The translations under genes and the position numbers were made by a program. Positions 9,092-18,782 of a stretch of 64,000 bases of DNA are shown here, piece after piece (position 1 is the stretch's first letter; the number at the start of each line of letters is the position of its first letter). The DNA comes from Deinococcota bacterium. Its GTDB lineage: Bacteria; Deinococcota; Deinococci; Deinococcales; Thermaceae. The DNA is taken from assembly GCA_041695225.1 (NCBI GenBank), contig JBGFRI010000014.1, positions 96,001 through 160,000 on the forward strand, in the 5' to 3' direction. The notes under the pieces were generated by a model. That model was not told where the DNA came from and ran no database searches. It worked only from the letters and a program-made list of their open reading frames with translations.

Positions 9092-10585
9092 ATGAACGAA
9101 GGCGGTCTGGTCTTGCTGGCCATTCTGCTCACCTCGCTGGTCCCGGGGCTGGTGATATTTTTTCTTGCCGAGGCCAGCGTACTTCTGCGCACCGTCATCA
9201 ACCTGGCGGGCGCTGTGCTGAAGCTGCTGCTGGTTTTATGGACCATGCACCAGGTTGGGCAAGGTGTCATCTACGAGCTGCGCTGGCCGTTCCTGCCTGG
9301 CCTTGACCTGGTCTTGCGAGCCGACCACCTGGCGGTATTCTTTGGCCTGCTGTCGGCCGGGCTATGGCTTTTGACCACCCTGTACGCAGTGGGCTATCTG
9401 GAGGGCTCCCCCAACCGCAGCCGTTTTTTCGGTTTTTTTAGCCTGTGCGTGTTTTCCACTACCGGCATCGCATTTGCCGGCAACCTGCACACTTTTTTCA
9501 TCTTCTACGAGCTGCTCACCATTACCACCTACCCTCTGGTTGTCCACCGGGGCACAGCCGCGGCTTTTCAGGCTGGAAGAATCTACCTGGCCTATACCCT
9601 TGGCGGTGGGGCGGTCTTGTTGCTTGGGGTAGTCTGGCTAAGCGTACTGGCCGGCCCAGTAGATTTCACTCAGGTGGGTATCCTGGAGGCAGTTTATACC
9701 CAGCAGCCCTCCACTCTGGTGCTGGTGTTTGCTTTGTTAGTGGCCGGCCTGGGGGTCAAGGCAGCGCTTTTTCTGCTGCACAGCTGGCTACCCATCGCCA
9801 TGGTGGCCCCGGCCCCGGTGAGTGCGCTGCTGCATGCCGTAGCGGTAGTCAAGGCCGGGGCTTTTGGGGTGGTGCGGGTGGTCTACGATGTCTATGGGGT
9901 GGGGCTCTTGGCCCGCCTCGAGCTCGATCTGCCCCTGGCCCTGTGGGCGGCCATGACCATTTTGTACGGCTCTCTGATGGCCCTGCGGCAGGACGATCTG
10001 AAGAGGCGTCTGGCCTACTCTACGGTTAGCCAGATCTCCTATATCGTTCTGGGTGTGGCCCTGCTTGGCCCGCTTGGCACGGTTGGGGGTCTGGCTCACC
10101 TGGTACATCAGGGGCTGATGAAAATTACCATGTTTATGTGCGCCGGAATTTTCTCCGAGGTGCACAACGTTAAAAAAGTCAGCCAGATGGCCGGGATGGG
10201 CAGACGGATGCCCTGGACTATGGCGGCCTTTAGTCTGACCGCCCTGGGTATGATCGGCCTGCCGCCGCTGGTGGGCTTTTACAGCAAGTGGTATCTGGCC
10301 CTGGGTGCGCTGGAGAGCCCATACCCGGCCTTTGCGCTGGTGCTGCTGGCCAGCAGCCTGCTCAACGCGGCTTACTTTTTGCCCATCCTGTACGCGGCCT
10401 GGTTTGTTGCTCCCAGTGCCGAACTGCCCCGAGCCAGCCGGCCAGGCCAGGAGACCTCCTGGATGCTGCTACTTCCCCCGATGGTCACCAGCCTGCTGGT
10501 ACTGGGCATGGGACTGCTGGCCGCCTCACCGTTCAGTCCGCTGGTCTGGGCAATCAGGTTTGCCCAGGGGGAGCACGGCCCATGA
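9092..10585 (+). CDS. Second MrpD-like proton-translocating subunit
   Basis: FIFYELLT, LHSWLPIAMVAPAPVSALLHAVAVVKAG, LKRRLAYSTVSQ. Confidence 0.88.
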   Translation: MNEGGLVLLAILLTSLVPGLVIFFLAEASVLLRTVINLAGAVLKLLLVLWTMHQVGQGVIYELRWPFLPGLDLVLRADHLAVFFGLLSAGLWLLTTLYAVGYLEGSPNRSRFFGFFSLCVFSTTGIAFAGNLHTFFIFYELLTITTYPLVVHRGTAAAFQAGRIYLAYTLGGGAVLLLGVVWLSVLAGPVDFTQVGILEAVYTQQPSTLVLVFALLVAGLGVKAALFLLHSWLPIAMVAPAPVSALLHAVAVVKAGAFGVVRVVYDVYGVGLLARLELDLPLALWAAMTILYGSLMALRQDDLKRRLAYSTVSQISYIVLGVALLGPLGTVGGLAHLVHQGLMKITMFMCAGIFSEVHNVKKVSQMAGMGRRMPWTMAAFSLTALGMIGLPPLVGFYSKWYLALGALESPYPAFALVLLASSLLNAAYFLPILYAAWFVAPSAELPRASRPGQETSWMLLLPPMVTSLLVLGMGLLAASPFSPLVWAIRFAQGEHGP

Positions 10586-12225
10586 CGGAGGCCTTGCTAC
10601 TACTCACCCCTGGGCTGCCATTGCTGCTGGCCCTGGCCATGGTTTTTCCAGGCTGGCGGGCAGCGGTCGTCTGGCTGGCGCCCTGGGCAGTCCTGCCCGC
10701 GCTGGGGCTGCTGGTTCTGGGCGACCTCGAGCTAAAGCTCCCCTGGCTTTTGCTGGGCAGCCATTTTGGCAGCGATGCCCTGAGCCGAGGGCTTTTGCTC
10801 CTGAGCGCCCCCTTGTGGCTGCTAGCAAGCATTTATGCCCAGAGCTACCTGGCCCACGACCCCCACAAACACCGTTTCTTCGCTTTTTTCCTGTTGGCCG
10901 CGGCCGGCAACCTGGGGGCGCTGGTAGCCCAGGATGCGGTGAGCTTTTATCTGTTTTTTGCCCTCATGAGTTTCGCGGCCTATGCCCTGGTGATCCACGA
11001 TGGCCGGGCGGCTTCGTTGTTTGCGGGTCGGGTCTATATTGTCCTGGTTCTGGTGGGCGAGACTTTTTTGCTGGGCGGGCTGCTCTTGTGGGCCAGCCTG
11101 GTGGGCGGGCTGGAAATGGCCCGCGTGCTGCACCCTCAGGACTGGCAGGGCCAGCTGGCCCTGGTTCTGTTGTTTTTGGGTTTTGGGGTAAAGGCGGGGG
11201 TGCTGGGGCTGCACGTCTGGCTTCCACTGGCCCACCCCGCTGCACCCACCCCGGCCAGTGCGGTTTTGAGTGGGGCCATGATCAAGCTGGGGGTGCTGGG
11301 CTGGCTGCGCTTCCTGCCACCGGGGCTCGACTGGGGGCCGGTCCTGATAGCGCTTGGCCTGACGGCAGCTTTCTATGGGGTGGCGGCAGGGCTGTTACAG
11401 CACAACCCCAAAACCCTGCTGGCCTACTCGAGTATCAGCCAGATGGGTCTGATCACCCTGGGGGTCGGGCTGGGTCTGGCCGTGCCAGAGCTGTGGCCGG
11501 CGGCGGTCTCGGCAGTGCTGTTTCTTGTGCTGCATCACGGCTGGGCCAAGGGTGCGCTCTTTTTGAGTACCGGCCTGAAGCCTGGCCCTTCCTGGGCCGT
11601 CAAGGCTTTGCTGGTACTGCCTGCCCTGAGCCTGGCAGCAGCCCCCTTGACCAGCGGAAGTCTGGCCAAAACCCAGCTCGATGCCCTGGCCCAGACCACC
11701 CCCTGGGCCGAGCCGCTCGGCCTGCTGCTCAGCCTTAGCTCGGTGGCCACCACCTTGTTGATGGTCCGCTTTCTGGCCCTGGTCTGGCCGCAGCCGGAAG
11801 CAAAGTCAGCGCGGTCTGCGGGTCTGCTGGTGGGCTGGCTAGGTCTGGTATCTGGTAGTGTTGCGCTGGCCTGGTGGCCCCAGCCAGCAATATTTCTGGC
11901 CCCGGAAAAGATACTGGCCGCGGCCTGGCCGGTGTTGCTGGGAACTGCGCTGGCCTGGGGGGCCTACAGGCTGGGCCTGAGCAAGGCCCTGAGACTACCA
12001 GGATGGCTAGCCCCTTCCGTTCCGCGGCCCGGCCAGAGGGTGTTGAGCCGGTTGGAGAACCACCTGGCAGCCCTGCTAAAGGCCACCCAGAGCCTGAAAC
12101 AGACTGGCTTTGACCGGCTTGCCAAGCCTCCTCCGCCGCCGAAAATACTCCCTATTGGCTGGGTGATGGTTGGGGTGCTTTTTCTCGGCTTGCTCTTACT
12201 TCAGGTATTGGTGCTGCTGCTTTGA
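10582..12225 (+). CDS. Third MrpD/MrpA-like (complex I subunit 5 family) subunit
   Basis: GVKAGVLGLHVWLPLAHPAAPTPASAVLSG and LLAYSSISQMG. The likely start is ATG 10582, overlapping the previous stop (ATGA), not the track's 10288. Confidence 0.85.
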   Translation: MTEALLLLTPGLPLLLALAMVFPGWRAAVVWLAPWAVLPALGLLVLGDLELKLPWLLLGSHFGSDALSRGLLLLSAPLWLLASIYAQSYLAHDPHKHRFFAFFLLAAAGNLGALVAQDAVSFYLFFALMSFAAYALVIHDGRAASLFAGRVYIVLVLVGETFLLGGLLLWASLVGGLEMARVLHPQDWQGQLALVLLFLGFGVKAGVLGLHVWLPLAHPAAPTPASAVLSGAMIKLGVLGWLRFLPPGLDWGPVLIALGLTAAFYGVAAGLLQHNPKTLLAYSSISQMGLITLGVGLGLAVPELWPAAVSAVLFLVLHHGWAKGALFLSTGLKPGPSWAVKALLVLPALSLAAAPLTSGSLAKTQLDALAQTTPWAEPLGLLLSLSSVATTLLMVRFLALVWPQPEAKSARSAGLLVGWLGLVSGSVALAWWPQPAIFLAPEKILAAAWPVLLGTALAWGAYRLGLSKALRLPGWLAPSVPRPGQRVLSRLENHLAALLKATQSLKQTGFDRLAKPPPPPKILPIGWVMVGVLFLGLLLLQVLVLLL

Positions 12226-12237
12226 GGTCTTCTGTGG

Positions 12238-13848
12238 TCAGGTCCAGGGGTCTTTGTCTGGGTCTGGGCCGTTTTTCGCAAGCTGCTCTTGCGTCAAACT
12301 GGGGGCCTTTGTGTCGCTTTTTTCCAAAACCAGCTGGCCCAGGCGTTCCCCAGCCTCGGAGAAGGGACGGAAGATCAGGCTGGCCCCCGCAGCTTCCAGG
12401 ACCGGATCTTCTTCGCGGTGGAAGCTGGTAGCGGCTATCAGGCCGGCATAGCCGCGCCTTCTTATCTGGCGCAGGGCCTGCAGCTTGGCCTCGAGCTCGG
12501 GCAGGGCCAGCACAATGCCCCGCAGACCATCTAGCTCGAGGTACTGCCACAGGTCGTAGTCTTCGGCGTCGCCATAAAGCACCCGGCGCCCTTTGGCCTG
12601 CTGGGCTTTTATTTTTTCCGGGTCGCTGTCGAGCCCCAGCACCGGCTGATTTTGCTGACTCAAATAGCGGTAGGCGGCGGCGCCGGTGCGGCCCATACCC
12701 ACAATTAGCCAGGCTGCTCCATCCAGGCGGGTGGGCTCGAGGTCGGGGTGGAATAAACCTCGCTCAAAACGTAGCAAAAAACGCTCCATGCGCTCGTAAA
12801 TAGAGTGTGAGACCCAGTTCAATGGGGCCGCCAGGACCATCGAAAGCCCCACCGCAACCGCAAAAACCGTCTCCCACTGCTCGGATAAAAGCCCCTGGGC
12901 CATGGCCATAGCTACCGCTACCAGCACAAACTCGCTATAACTGGCCAGGCTTACGCTGGCCAGAAAGCTGGTTCTGGCCCGCAGCCCCGAGCGCACAAAC
13001 AGCCAGAACAGCAAGGCGGTTGTTACCGGCAGCAAAGCCACAAACCCCAGGCCCAGCAAAAATCCCCCCAGACTGGGCAGCCCGGCCAGGCCCACCTTAA
13101 GGAAAAACGCCACCAGAAAGGTCTCGCGCAGGCCCCACAGCAGTCTCGAGAGCTCCATTACCTTGGGGTGCTGGGCCAGCACCGCGCCTATAAACAGGGC
13201 GCCCAGCTCGGGGGCAATGCCCACTATGCGCGCCACTTCTCCCCCGCCCAAAGCCAGCAGCAGGCCCAGCAGCAGCACCAGCTCGCTATGCCCGCTGCGG
13301 TCCAGCACCCAGCCAAGGGGCCAGCGCAAAAGCGGCAACAAAAATAGTAGCAGCGCCCAGGGGCTGGGGTTCTGCACCCCAATCAGAATCAGCAGGCCCA
13401 GCGAGGCCAGGTCTTTGAGAATCGAGACCCCCACCGCTACCCGCCCGTGGAACGAGACCAGCTCGCGCTTCTGCTCCAGCACCTTGCCCAGCAGCACCGT
13501 GCTGGGATTGGCCAGGGCCACTGCCAGCAGCAGCAGCACCACCCAGTTCTGGCTTACCCCCACCACCCACAGCACCACCAGAAGCAAGGGAATAACCAGC
13601 AACAGGTGCAGCCCCCCCACCCCGGCCACTTCGCGGCGGGCCATGCCCCCCAGGTTCAGGGTCAGGCCAATGGTAAACAAGAGCAGCAAAACCCCCACCT
13701 GGGCAATGCCTTCCAGTAGCGGGGTGCTCTGTACCCCCAGCAGGCTCAGGGCCAGGCCAGCAGCCAGATAGCCCACCAGGGCTGGCAGTTTAAGTGCAGT
13801 TGCCAGCAGGCCAAACACAAAAGCAATCGCAATGTGTATAGCTTCCAA
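12238..13848 (-). CDS. CPA2-family cation:proton antiporter with C-terminal TrkA-N (KTN) domain (KefB/KefC-like)
   Basis: LVGYLAAG, GVLLLLFTIGL, ELGALFIG and SEF motifs; Rossmann-like IVGMGRTG and LYGDA; GGAGG RBS before the TTG start. Confidence 0.9.
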   Translation of the reverse strand: MEAIHIAIAFVFGLLATALKLPALVGYLAAGLALSLLGVQSTPLLEGIAQVGVLLLLFTIGLTLNLGGMARREVAGVGGLHLLLVIPLLLVVLWVVGVSQNWVVLLLLAVALANPSTVLLGKVLEQKRELVSFHGRVAVGVSILKDLASLGLLILIGVQNPSPWALLLFLLPLLRWPLGWVLDRSGHSELVLLLGLLLALGGGEVARIVGIAPELGALFIGAVLAQHPKVMELSRLLWGLRETFLVAFFLKVGLAGLPSLGGFLLGLGFVALLPVTTALLFWLFVRSGLRARTSFLASVSLASYSEFVLVAVAMAMAQGLLSEQWETVFAVAVGLSMVLAAPLNWVSHSIYERMERFLLRFERGLFHPDLEPTRLDGAAWLIVGMGRTGAAAYRYLSQQNQPVLGLDSDPEKIKAQQAKGRRVLYGDAEDYDLWQYLELDGLRGIVLALPELEAKLQALRQIRRRGYAGLIAATSFHREEDPVLEAAGASLIFRPFSEAGERLGQLVLEKSDTKAPSLTQEQLAKNGPDPDKDPWT

Positions 13849-14329
13849 GCAACCTCCCCATATCCACGTAAATCATACCGGCTTCACCCAGAACCCACTC
13901 ATTACCCTGATAGGGCAATATCAGTGATCAAGCAGTGCTCCACCCTGCTGCCTTACTCGGTTGACAAAAGCGCCGCGCACAGTAGTGACCCACTTGACAA
14001 ACCCAGGGCAGGCCTAGGGAAGGGTGGTTGGGGAGTGTCATTGTTGGTAAAAGTTGCTTTGCGAAACCCGTGCAGGGGGGCGAAGCACTCAGATTGACAG
14101 TGGTTTGGTAGCCTGGTCGGGCAATCAATTGCGCCTAACACACTAGTGTTGGCCCTTGCACTAGCCAGGAGATATAAAGTTCCACACAGCACCGATATTC
14201 AGACAAACCAGCAGGGGAACGACAGCCCGCCGGTAATGCTATAGAGCGCCGAGCACATCGTCAAAGACGAAACTGTAAAAGGCAATCTTGCAGCAACTAC
14301 ACTGCCCCGGTCGGTTGCTTCCTGCGGGT

Positions 14330-14917
14330 AGCGGCCTATCTTGCCACCAAACGTTCGATCTGGCCGTAGAAAGCATTAATGCCCGTTATGAACGCAGCCA
14401 GTGTCATGAGGGCCAGAGCGACCGCGCCCAGTTAGGCCAGGTTCATAGGCTGCTTTTCAAAATAGGTGTAGGGGAGCATGCCAACGCTGGCTAGGCCTGC
14501 ACTGAACCATAGCAGGAAGGTCATTTGCGGACTGCGGGTAAGCTCGAGGTCGAGGACGGCTCGAGCCCCCGGCAGCAAATAGGCGCCCACCAGAAGCAGA
14601 GGCTAGGTTAGAGTTCAGCTCGAACCCCAGCAAAAAGTTCAGTCCGGCCATAATCATTACAAAGGCAAACAGGCCCGAGGTAACCCCAAAAAGCTCGGCG
14701 AAGCGGTCAACCGCGCAACCTGCGGCCCAGTTGGTCCAGGTGAATTGAACAAACCCACCTAAGGTAAATGCTCCAACGTCCAAACAGATAAGGCCGAACT
14801 AGCGCCGCCTCTCCGGGGAGTCTTTTCCTCGGACCACTTTGAGCAGATGGAGCATGCCCGAATCTCTGAAACTGCTACCAGGGCCAAAATCGTTACCAGC
14901 GGATTGTAGGCCTCCAT
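14330..14917 (-). pseudogene. Possible heavily decayed membrane-transporter (CPA2-like) gene
   Basis: Strong RBS GGAGGTG then ATG 14917 (MEAYNPLVTILALVAV), followed by hydrophobic fragments in shifting frames (FAELFGVTSGLFAFVMIMAGLNFLLGFELN; MNLA*LGAVALALMTLAAFITG). Resemblance judged by eye only. Confidence 0.3.
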
Positions 14918-15221
14918 GGTTGTCACCTCCACGTTCCCCAATCGCTATACCAAAATATCGAGAGTCCGTGCACCCTTGTTTCGCTTGAGTTTCCAGCGTC
15001 CCGATAAACCCGTGTCCGGCCTCATTCACCTAATCAAGCTGTGTTGCAACCCCAGGATTTTGGTACTCGGGAGACATCCCTGGACAATATTCTCCCTTTC
15101 TAGGCGAGGGAGCTACATGACCTCCTCTGGTCTAAAAAGGGTAGGTGCGGGCGCAAAAAGCCAGAGTGTTCTGTCACGGGCGCGGCTAGGTGCATCTGGA
15201 CTGTGGTAATTTTATAGGTAT

Positions 15222-15782
15222 ATGCACCAAGAACTTCAAGAGCTGGCCCTGCGTTTTGGCAAACCACTCGAGGTCACCCGCAGTCTGGGGGCAAATAGCT
15301 TTTTAGCTTCCCGCAAAACCCATATTGCCGAGGTGTGTCTGGCGGTTAAGCGGGCTAACGGGCGGCTACTCACCATGACCAAAGCCTTTTACCCCAGCGG
15401 AATCTACCGCTTACCAACGGGAAGCATTGGGTTGAGCGAGCCAGTAGCAGAGGCCTTGCAGCGCGAAATTTGGGAAGAAACCGGCCTGGAAATGGAAATT
15501 CTGCGCTTTCTGGCTCACATCACCTATCTCCACAACGAAGGCCGCATTTTCCACAGTTATATCTTCTTGCTGGCATCTGAAGGCCAGCCAGCCCCGCAGG
15601 ACCATAGCGAACAGATCAGCGGGTTCTACGAGGTAAGCACCTCCGATCTACTGCAAATAGCTCAGCAACTCCAAAATCTCCCGCCAGAATACTCTAGCCA
15701 GCTGGGAGCAACCTGGAGCGATTGGGGCATATTCAGGGCGGTTGTACACCAGGTTACGGCCGAGGCCCTGGCCCAACGGTGA
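15222..15782 (+). CDS. NUDIX hydrolase
   Basis: Nudix box GSIGLSEPVAEALQREIWEETGL. Confidence 0.88.
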   Translation: MHQELQELALRFGKPLEVTRSLGANSFLASRKTHIAEVCLAVKRANGRLLTMTKAFYPSGIYRLPTGSIGLSEPVAEALQREIWEETGLEMEILRFLAHITYLHNEGRIFHSYIFLLASEGQPAPQDHSEQISGFYEVSTSDLLQIAQQLQNLPPEYSSQLGATWSDWGIFRAVVHQVTAEALAQR

Positions 15783-16342
15783 GCGGCCCGCAAGGCTACT
15801 CGAGGGCAAGCTGCTGGGACACCAGCCCAGACCCATAATGGCCTGGACGATCTGGAGCTTTGTTGCATCAAACCTCGTAAAGCATCCCAAATTTGCGGCT
15901 CAGGCAGCCAAACGGCCAGTGTGGCCTGCATCATGGTCCATACCGTGTCCCTTGCGGGTATGGGCCGCCTGATCCCCGGCCGTTAGTGAGCCAAAGCCCC
16001 CAGATGGGCAGTTTCCTTGTGACGTTCGGGCAACCAGATGTAAGCTTCTTGGGCAGTCGCACCGCCAATCATAGAGCACTACTTTGGTCGCTTTTCACCT
16101 TGCTTGAACCCAGCAGACAGCCAAAACGTACCGGCCAGCTTCGCATCAGTCTCGTCTCGACCAAGGCACAGCGTTTGTGATGGGGCGGTAGGTCTGGCTT
16201 TAGACGCCAAAGGTAATTCCTGGAATCGCTGCGGTCGTTTTTGTCAGGGCGCAGGCTGTTCGTCAAGTTAAACATGGAAAGAATCTGCCTTTAGGTGTAG
16301 TTTTGTAGGGTGCGTGGTGCCCGGCGCTGAGGCACCATTTTT

Positions 16343-17845
16343 ATGTCGAGGATCGTTCGCAACACCCTTCTGGTCATGTCTGGAACCCTGTCCAGCCGCT
16401 TGCTGGGGCAGGTACGCCAGACTATTCTGGCCAATTTGCCACTGCCAGATACCATTAAAGATGCCTTCTGGGTAGCCTATCGCATTCCCAACCTGTTGCG
16501 CGAACTGCTGGCCGAGGGGGCCATCCAGAATGCGCTGATTCCAGTGCTGACGAGCCTTCCACCGGCCGAGGCCAGACTGTTTGCCAGACGCTTCGGGGCC
16601 TTTCTGGTTGGGGTCAATCTGGTAATTCTGGGCCTGGGGATAGTCTTTGCTCCGCAAATTGCCAGCGCTGTTCTGTGGATTTCCACTCTTTCCCACGGCC
16701 AGCCCAGCCCACTGCAAGAGCCAGCGGTCTTCGAACAGCTGGTCTTGATGATCCGGCTGACCATGCCATTCTTGCTTTCAATCTCGATGGCCTCGCTATT
16801 TTCTTCCATGCTGCAATCCAGTGAGCGTTTTGGCGTCACCAGTTTTAGTCCCATTGCCTTCAACCTTGGTTCGATAGTGCTGATGCTGCTTTTTCCCAGC
16901 AGTGTGGTAGCGCTGGGGTTATCGGTCACAGTAGGCGGCGCCTTGCAAGCTTTGGTGCAGCTCCCGGCTCTGAGGGGCTACGGGCTGGAATTTAACTGGC
17001 ACCCGGCTTTCCGCCAGGCACTTTTACGCATGGGGCCGTTTGCCTTCACTACCTCGGTGCGGCAGTTTTCCAACCTGGTCTTGCTGGGTATTCTGGCGGC
17101 CTATCCCTCAGCAGCGGTCACGGGCTTTCAGAATGGTGAGCTGATATTTACTACCGCGTTGGGCCTGCTGGCGGTCTCGCCAGCGATTGCCGTGTTTCCC
17201 CAGCTTTCGGCTCTTGCTGGTAACGGCCGCCTGGCCGAGGCCAGAATGCTTTTGGGCCGGGTTTTGCAGCGTATGACAGTGCCGATGGGCTTTGCGGCTG
17301 CCATGATGGTTGCGCTGGCACCCTGGGTTGTGGGCAGCCTGTTTGCCATCACCGACAATTTCACCGAGGCAAACCGGGCTTTTACCACTCAGACGGTCAT
17401 GGCGCTGGGCTTTGCTCTGTTGCCATGGGGTCTGATCCAGCTGCTGTTGCGGGGGTTTTATGCGCTAGGGCAGGTTGGCCAGGCGGTTAGTGTAACGGTG
17501 ATGGTGGCATTGCTGAATGTTTTTGGTTACTGGCTTTTTCGCGAGCAGGGTTTGTTTGTGTTGAACCTGGCAACAGCCATTGCGGGTTGGGTGGGTCTGG
17601 CCATTTATGCCCGACGGTTGCAGCGTTTTGAGATGGTGGTCCAGACCGAGGTATGGTTGGTGGTGGGAAAGGTGTTACTGGCAGCAGTTCCGGCCGGTTT
17701 AGCTGCGCACGCCGTAGCAATCCAGTTTGGCATTCCAGCCTTTTTTCTACAGAATTTCCTACCGCTCGCGGCAGGGGGTCTGGTGGGACTGGCAGTATTT
17801 GCCGGGATTGCTTACCTCTTGCGGCTGCCAATTATGCTGAGGTAA
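16343..17845 (+). CDS. murJ: Lipid II flippase MurJ (MviN)
   Basis: SRLLGQVR and DAFWVAYRIPNLLRELLAEGA signature; about 13-14 TM segments. Confidence 0.93.
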   Translation: MSRIVRNTLLVMSGTLSSRLLGQVRQTILANLPLPDTIKDAFWVAYRIPNLLRELLAEGAIQNALIPVLTSLPPAEARLFARRFGAFLVGVNLVILGLGIVFAPQIASAVLWISTLSHGQPSPLQEPAVFEQLVLMIRLTMPFLLSISMASLFSSMLQSSERFGVTSFSPIAFNLGSIVLMLLFPSSVVALGLSVTVGGALQALVQLPALRGYGLEFNWHPAFRQALLRMGPFAFTTSVRQFSNLVLLGILAAYPSAAVTGFQNGELIFTTALGLLAVSPAIAVFPQLSALAGNGRLAEARMLLGRVLQRMTVPMGFAAAMMVALAPWVVGSLFAITDNFTEANRAFTTQTVMALGFALLPWGLIQLLLRGFYALGQVGQAVSVTVMVALLNVFGYWLFREQGLFVLNLATAIAGWVGLAIYARRLQRFEMVVQTEVWLVVGKVLLAAVPAGLAAHAVAIQFGIPAFFLQNFLPLAAGGLVGLAVFAGIAYLLRLPIMLR

Positions 17846-17872
17846 AGCTACAACCACAGCCTGCCGGCCACT

Positions 17873-18601
17873 CTAACCCACCGACGACTTTGCTTTCTTA
17901 TGCAATCCGCTCCTCTGCTCTGGTGTAAGTTCGCGTAGCAGGGCCAACCGCAGACGAGCAATTTCGGACTCGAGGCGGTTTTGCTGGATGTCTAGCTCGT
18001 CGCGCAGACGAATAATCTCTTCTACCCCTGCCAGATTAATGCCCAATTCTTGTGTTAGGCGGCGAATTTCTTTTAGTTTTTCCACGTCGCGTTCGGAGTA
18101 GAGGCGGGTCTTGCCGGAGGTGCGGCTTGGTGCAACCAGGCCCTCCCGCTCATAAAGGCGTAAGGTCTGGGGATGCATGCCCACAATGTCGGCGGCCACC
18201 GAAATGATATAGACCGGCCTCTCTTTCTCGCTGGTCTTTTTGCCCTTGCCCTCGTTGGGAGCGGGCAGGGCTAGGGGCGCCTTGAGGGCCTCCAGCTTTT
18301 CGCCGAGCTCTGTTTTCAGGCGTTCGGCCTCTTCTCGAAAGCGCTGCTCGAGCGCCCATAGCTCGTCGCGCAGTTTCATGATCTCTTCCACACCCGCCAG
18401 GTTGACCCCCAGTTCCTGGGTTAGGCGGCGAATTTCCCGAAGCTTCTCGACATCCCGTTCCGAATACAAGCGGGTCTTGCCCCCAGAACGCTTGGGCTGA
18501 ATCAAGCCCTTCCGTTCGTACAGCCTCAAGGTCTGAGGGTGCATGTCCACCAGTTCGGCGGCAACCGAAATGATGTAGACGGGACGATCTCTTTTATCCA
18601 T
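17873..18601 (-). CDS. hspR: MerR-family heat-shock repressor HspR with two tandem HspR domains (fused dimer)
   Basis: [50 protein letters not shown] occurs twice. Confidence 0.9.
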   Translation of the reverse strand: MDKRDRPVYIISVAAELVDMHPQTLRLYERKGLIQPKRSGGKTRLYSERDVEKLREIRRLTQELGVNLAGVEEIMKLRDELWALEQRFREEAERLKTELGEKLEALKAPLALPAPNEGKGKKTSEKERPVYIISVAADIVGMHPQTLRLYEREGLVAPSRTSGKTRLYSERDVEKLKEIRRLTQELGINLAGVEEIIRLRDELDIQQNRLESEIARLRLALLRELTPEQRSGLHKKAKSSVG

Positions 18602-18695
18602 ATACCAATCGGGCTAAATACCCTTGACAAAACCAGTATACGGAAATCTCCACTCTTGCACCTCAATGGTTACAGGTTTGCTGTCTGGCACGGTT

Positions 18696-18782
18696 ATAGC
18701 CGATAGACCATAGCCAACAGTCTATGGTCTATGGTCTATGGTCACCCAGCAGCTATCGGCTATTCGCTATCGGCTATTGGCT
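18696..18782. repeat. Heptamer repeat cluster (ATAGMCN arm followed by complementary KCTATNG arm)
   Basis: atagccg atagacc atagcca ... tctatgg x3 ... gctatcg gctattc gctatcg gctattg; overlaps the malic enzyme stop codon. Confidence 0.85.

Noticed and set aside
10305..11738. 477-aa alternative-frame ORF within the Mrp operon
   Set aside because: A Pro/Gly/Ala-rich shadow of GC-rich codons, fully overlapping well-supported Mrp subunits.
14092..14126. Li+/Na+ riboswitch-like GGTCGGGC hairpin near the CPA2 gene
   Set aside because: It is on the wrong strand relative to the antiporter and the match is too short to support.
15790..16340. Possible gene or pseudogene between NUDIX and murJ
   Set aside because: The short ORFs on both strands show no motif, RBS or codon pattern that I could support.
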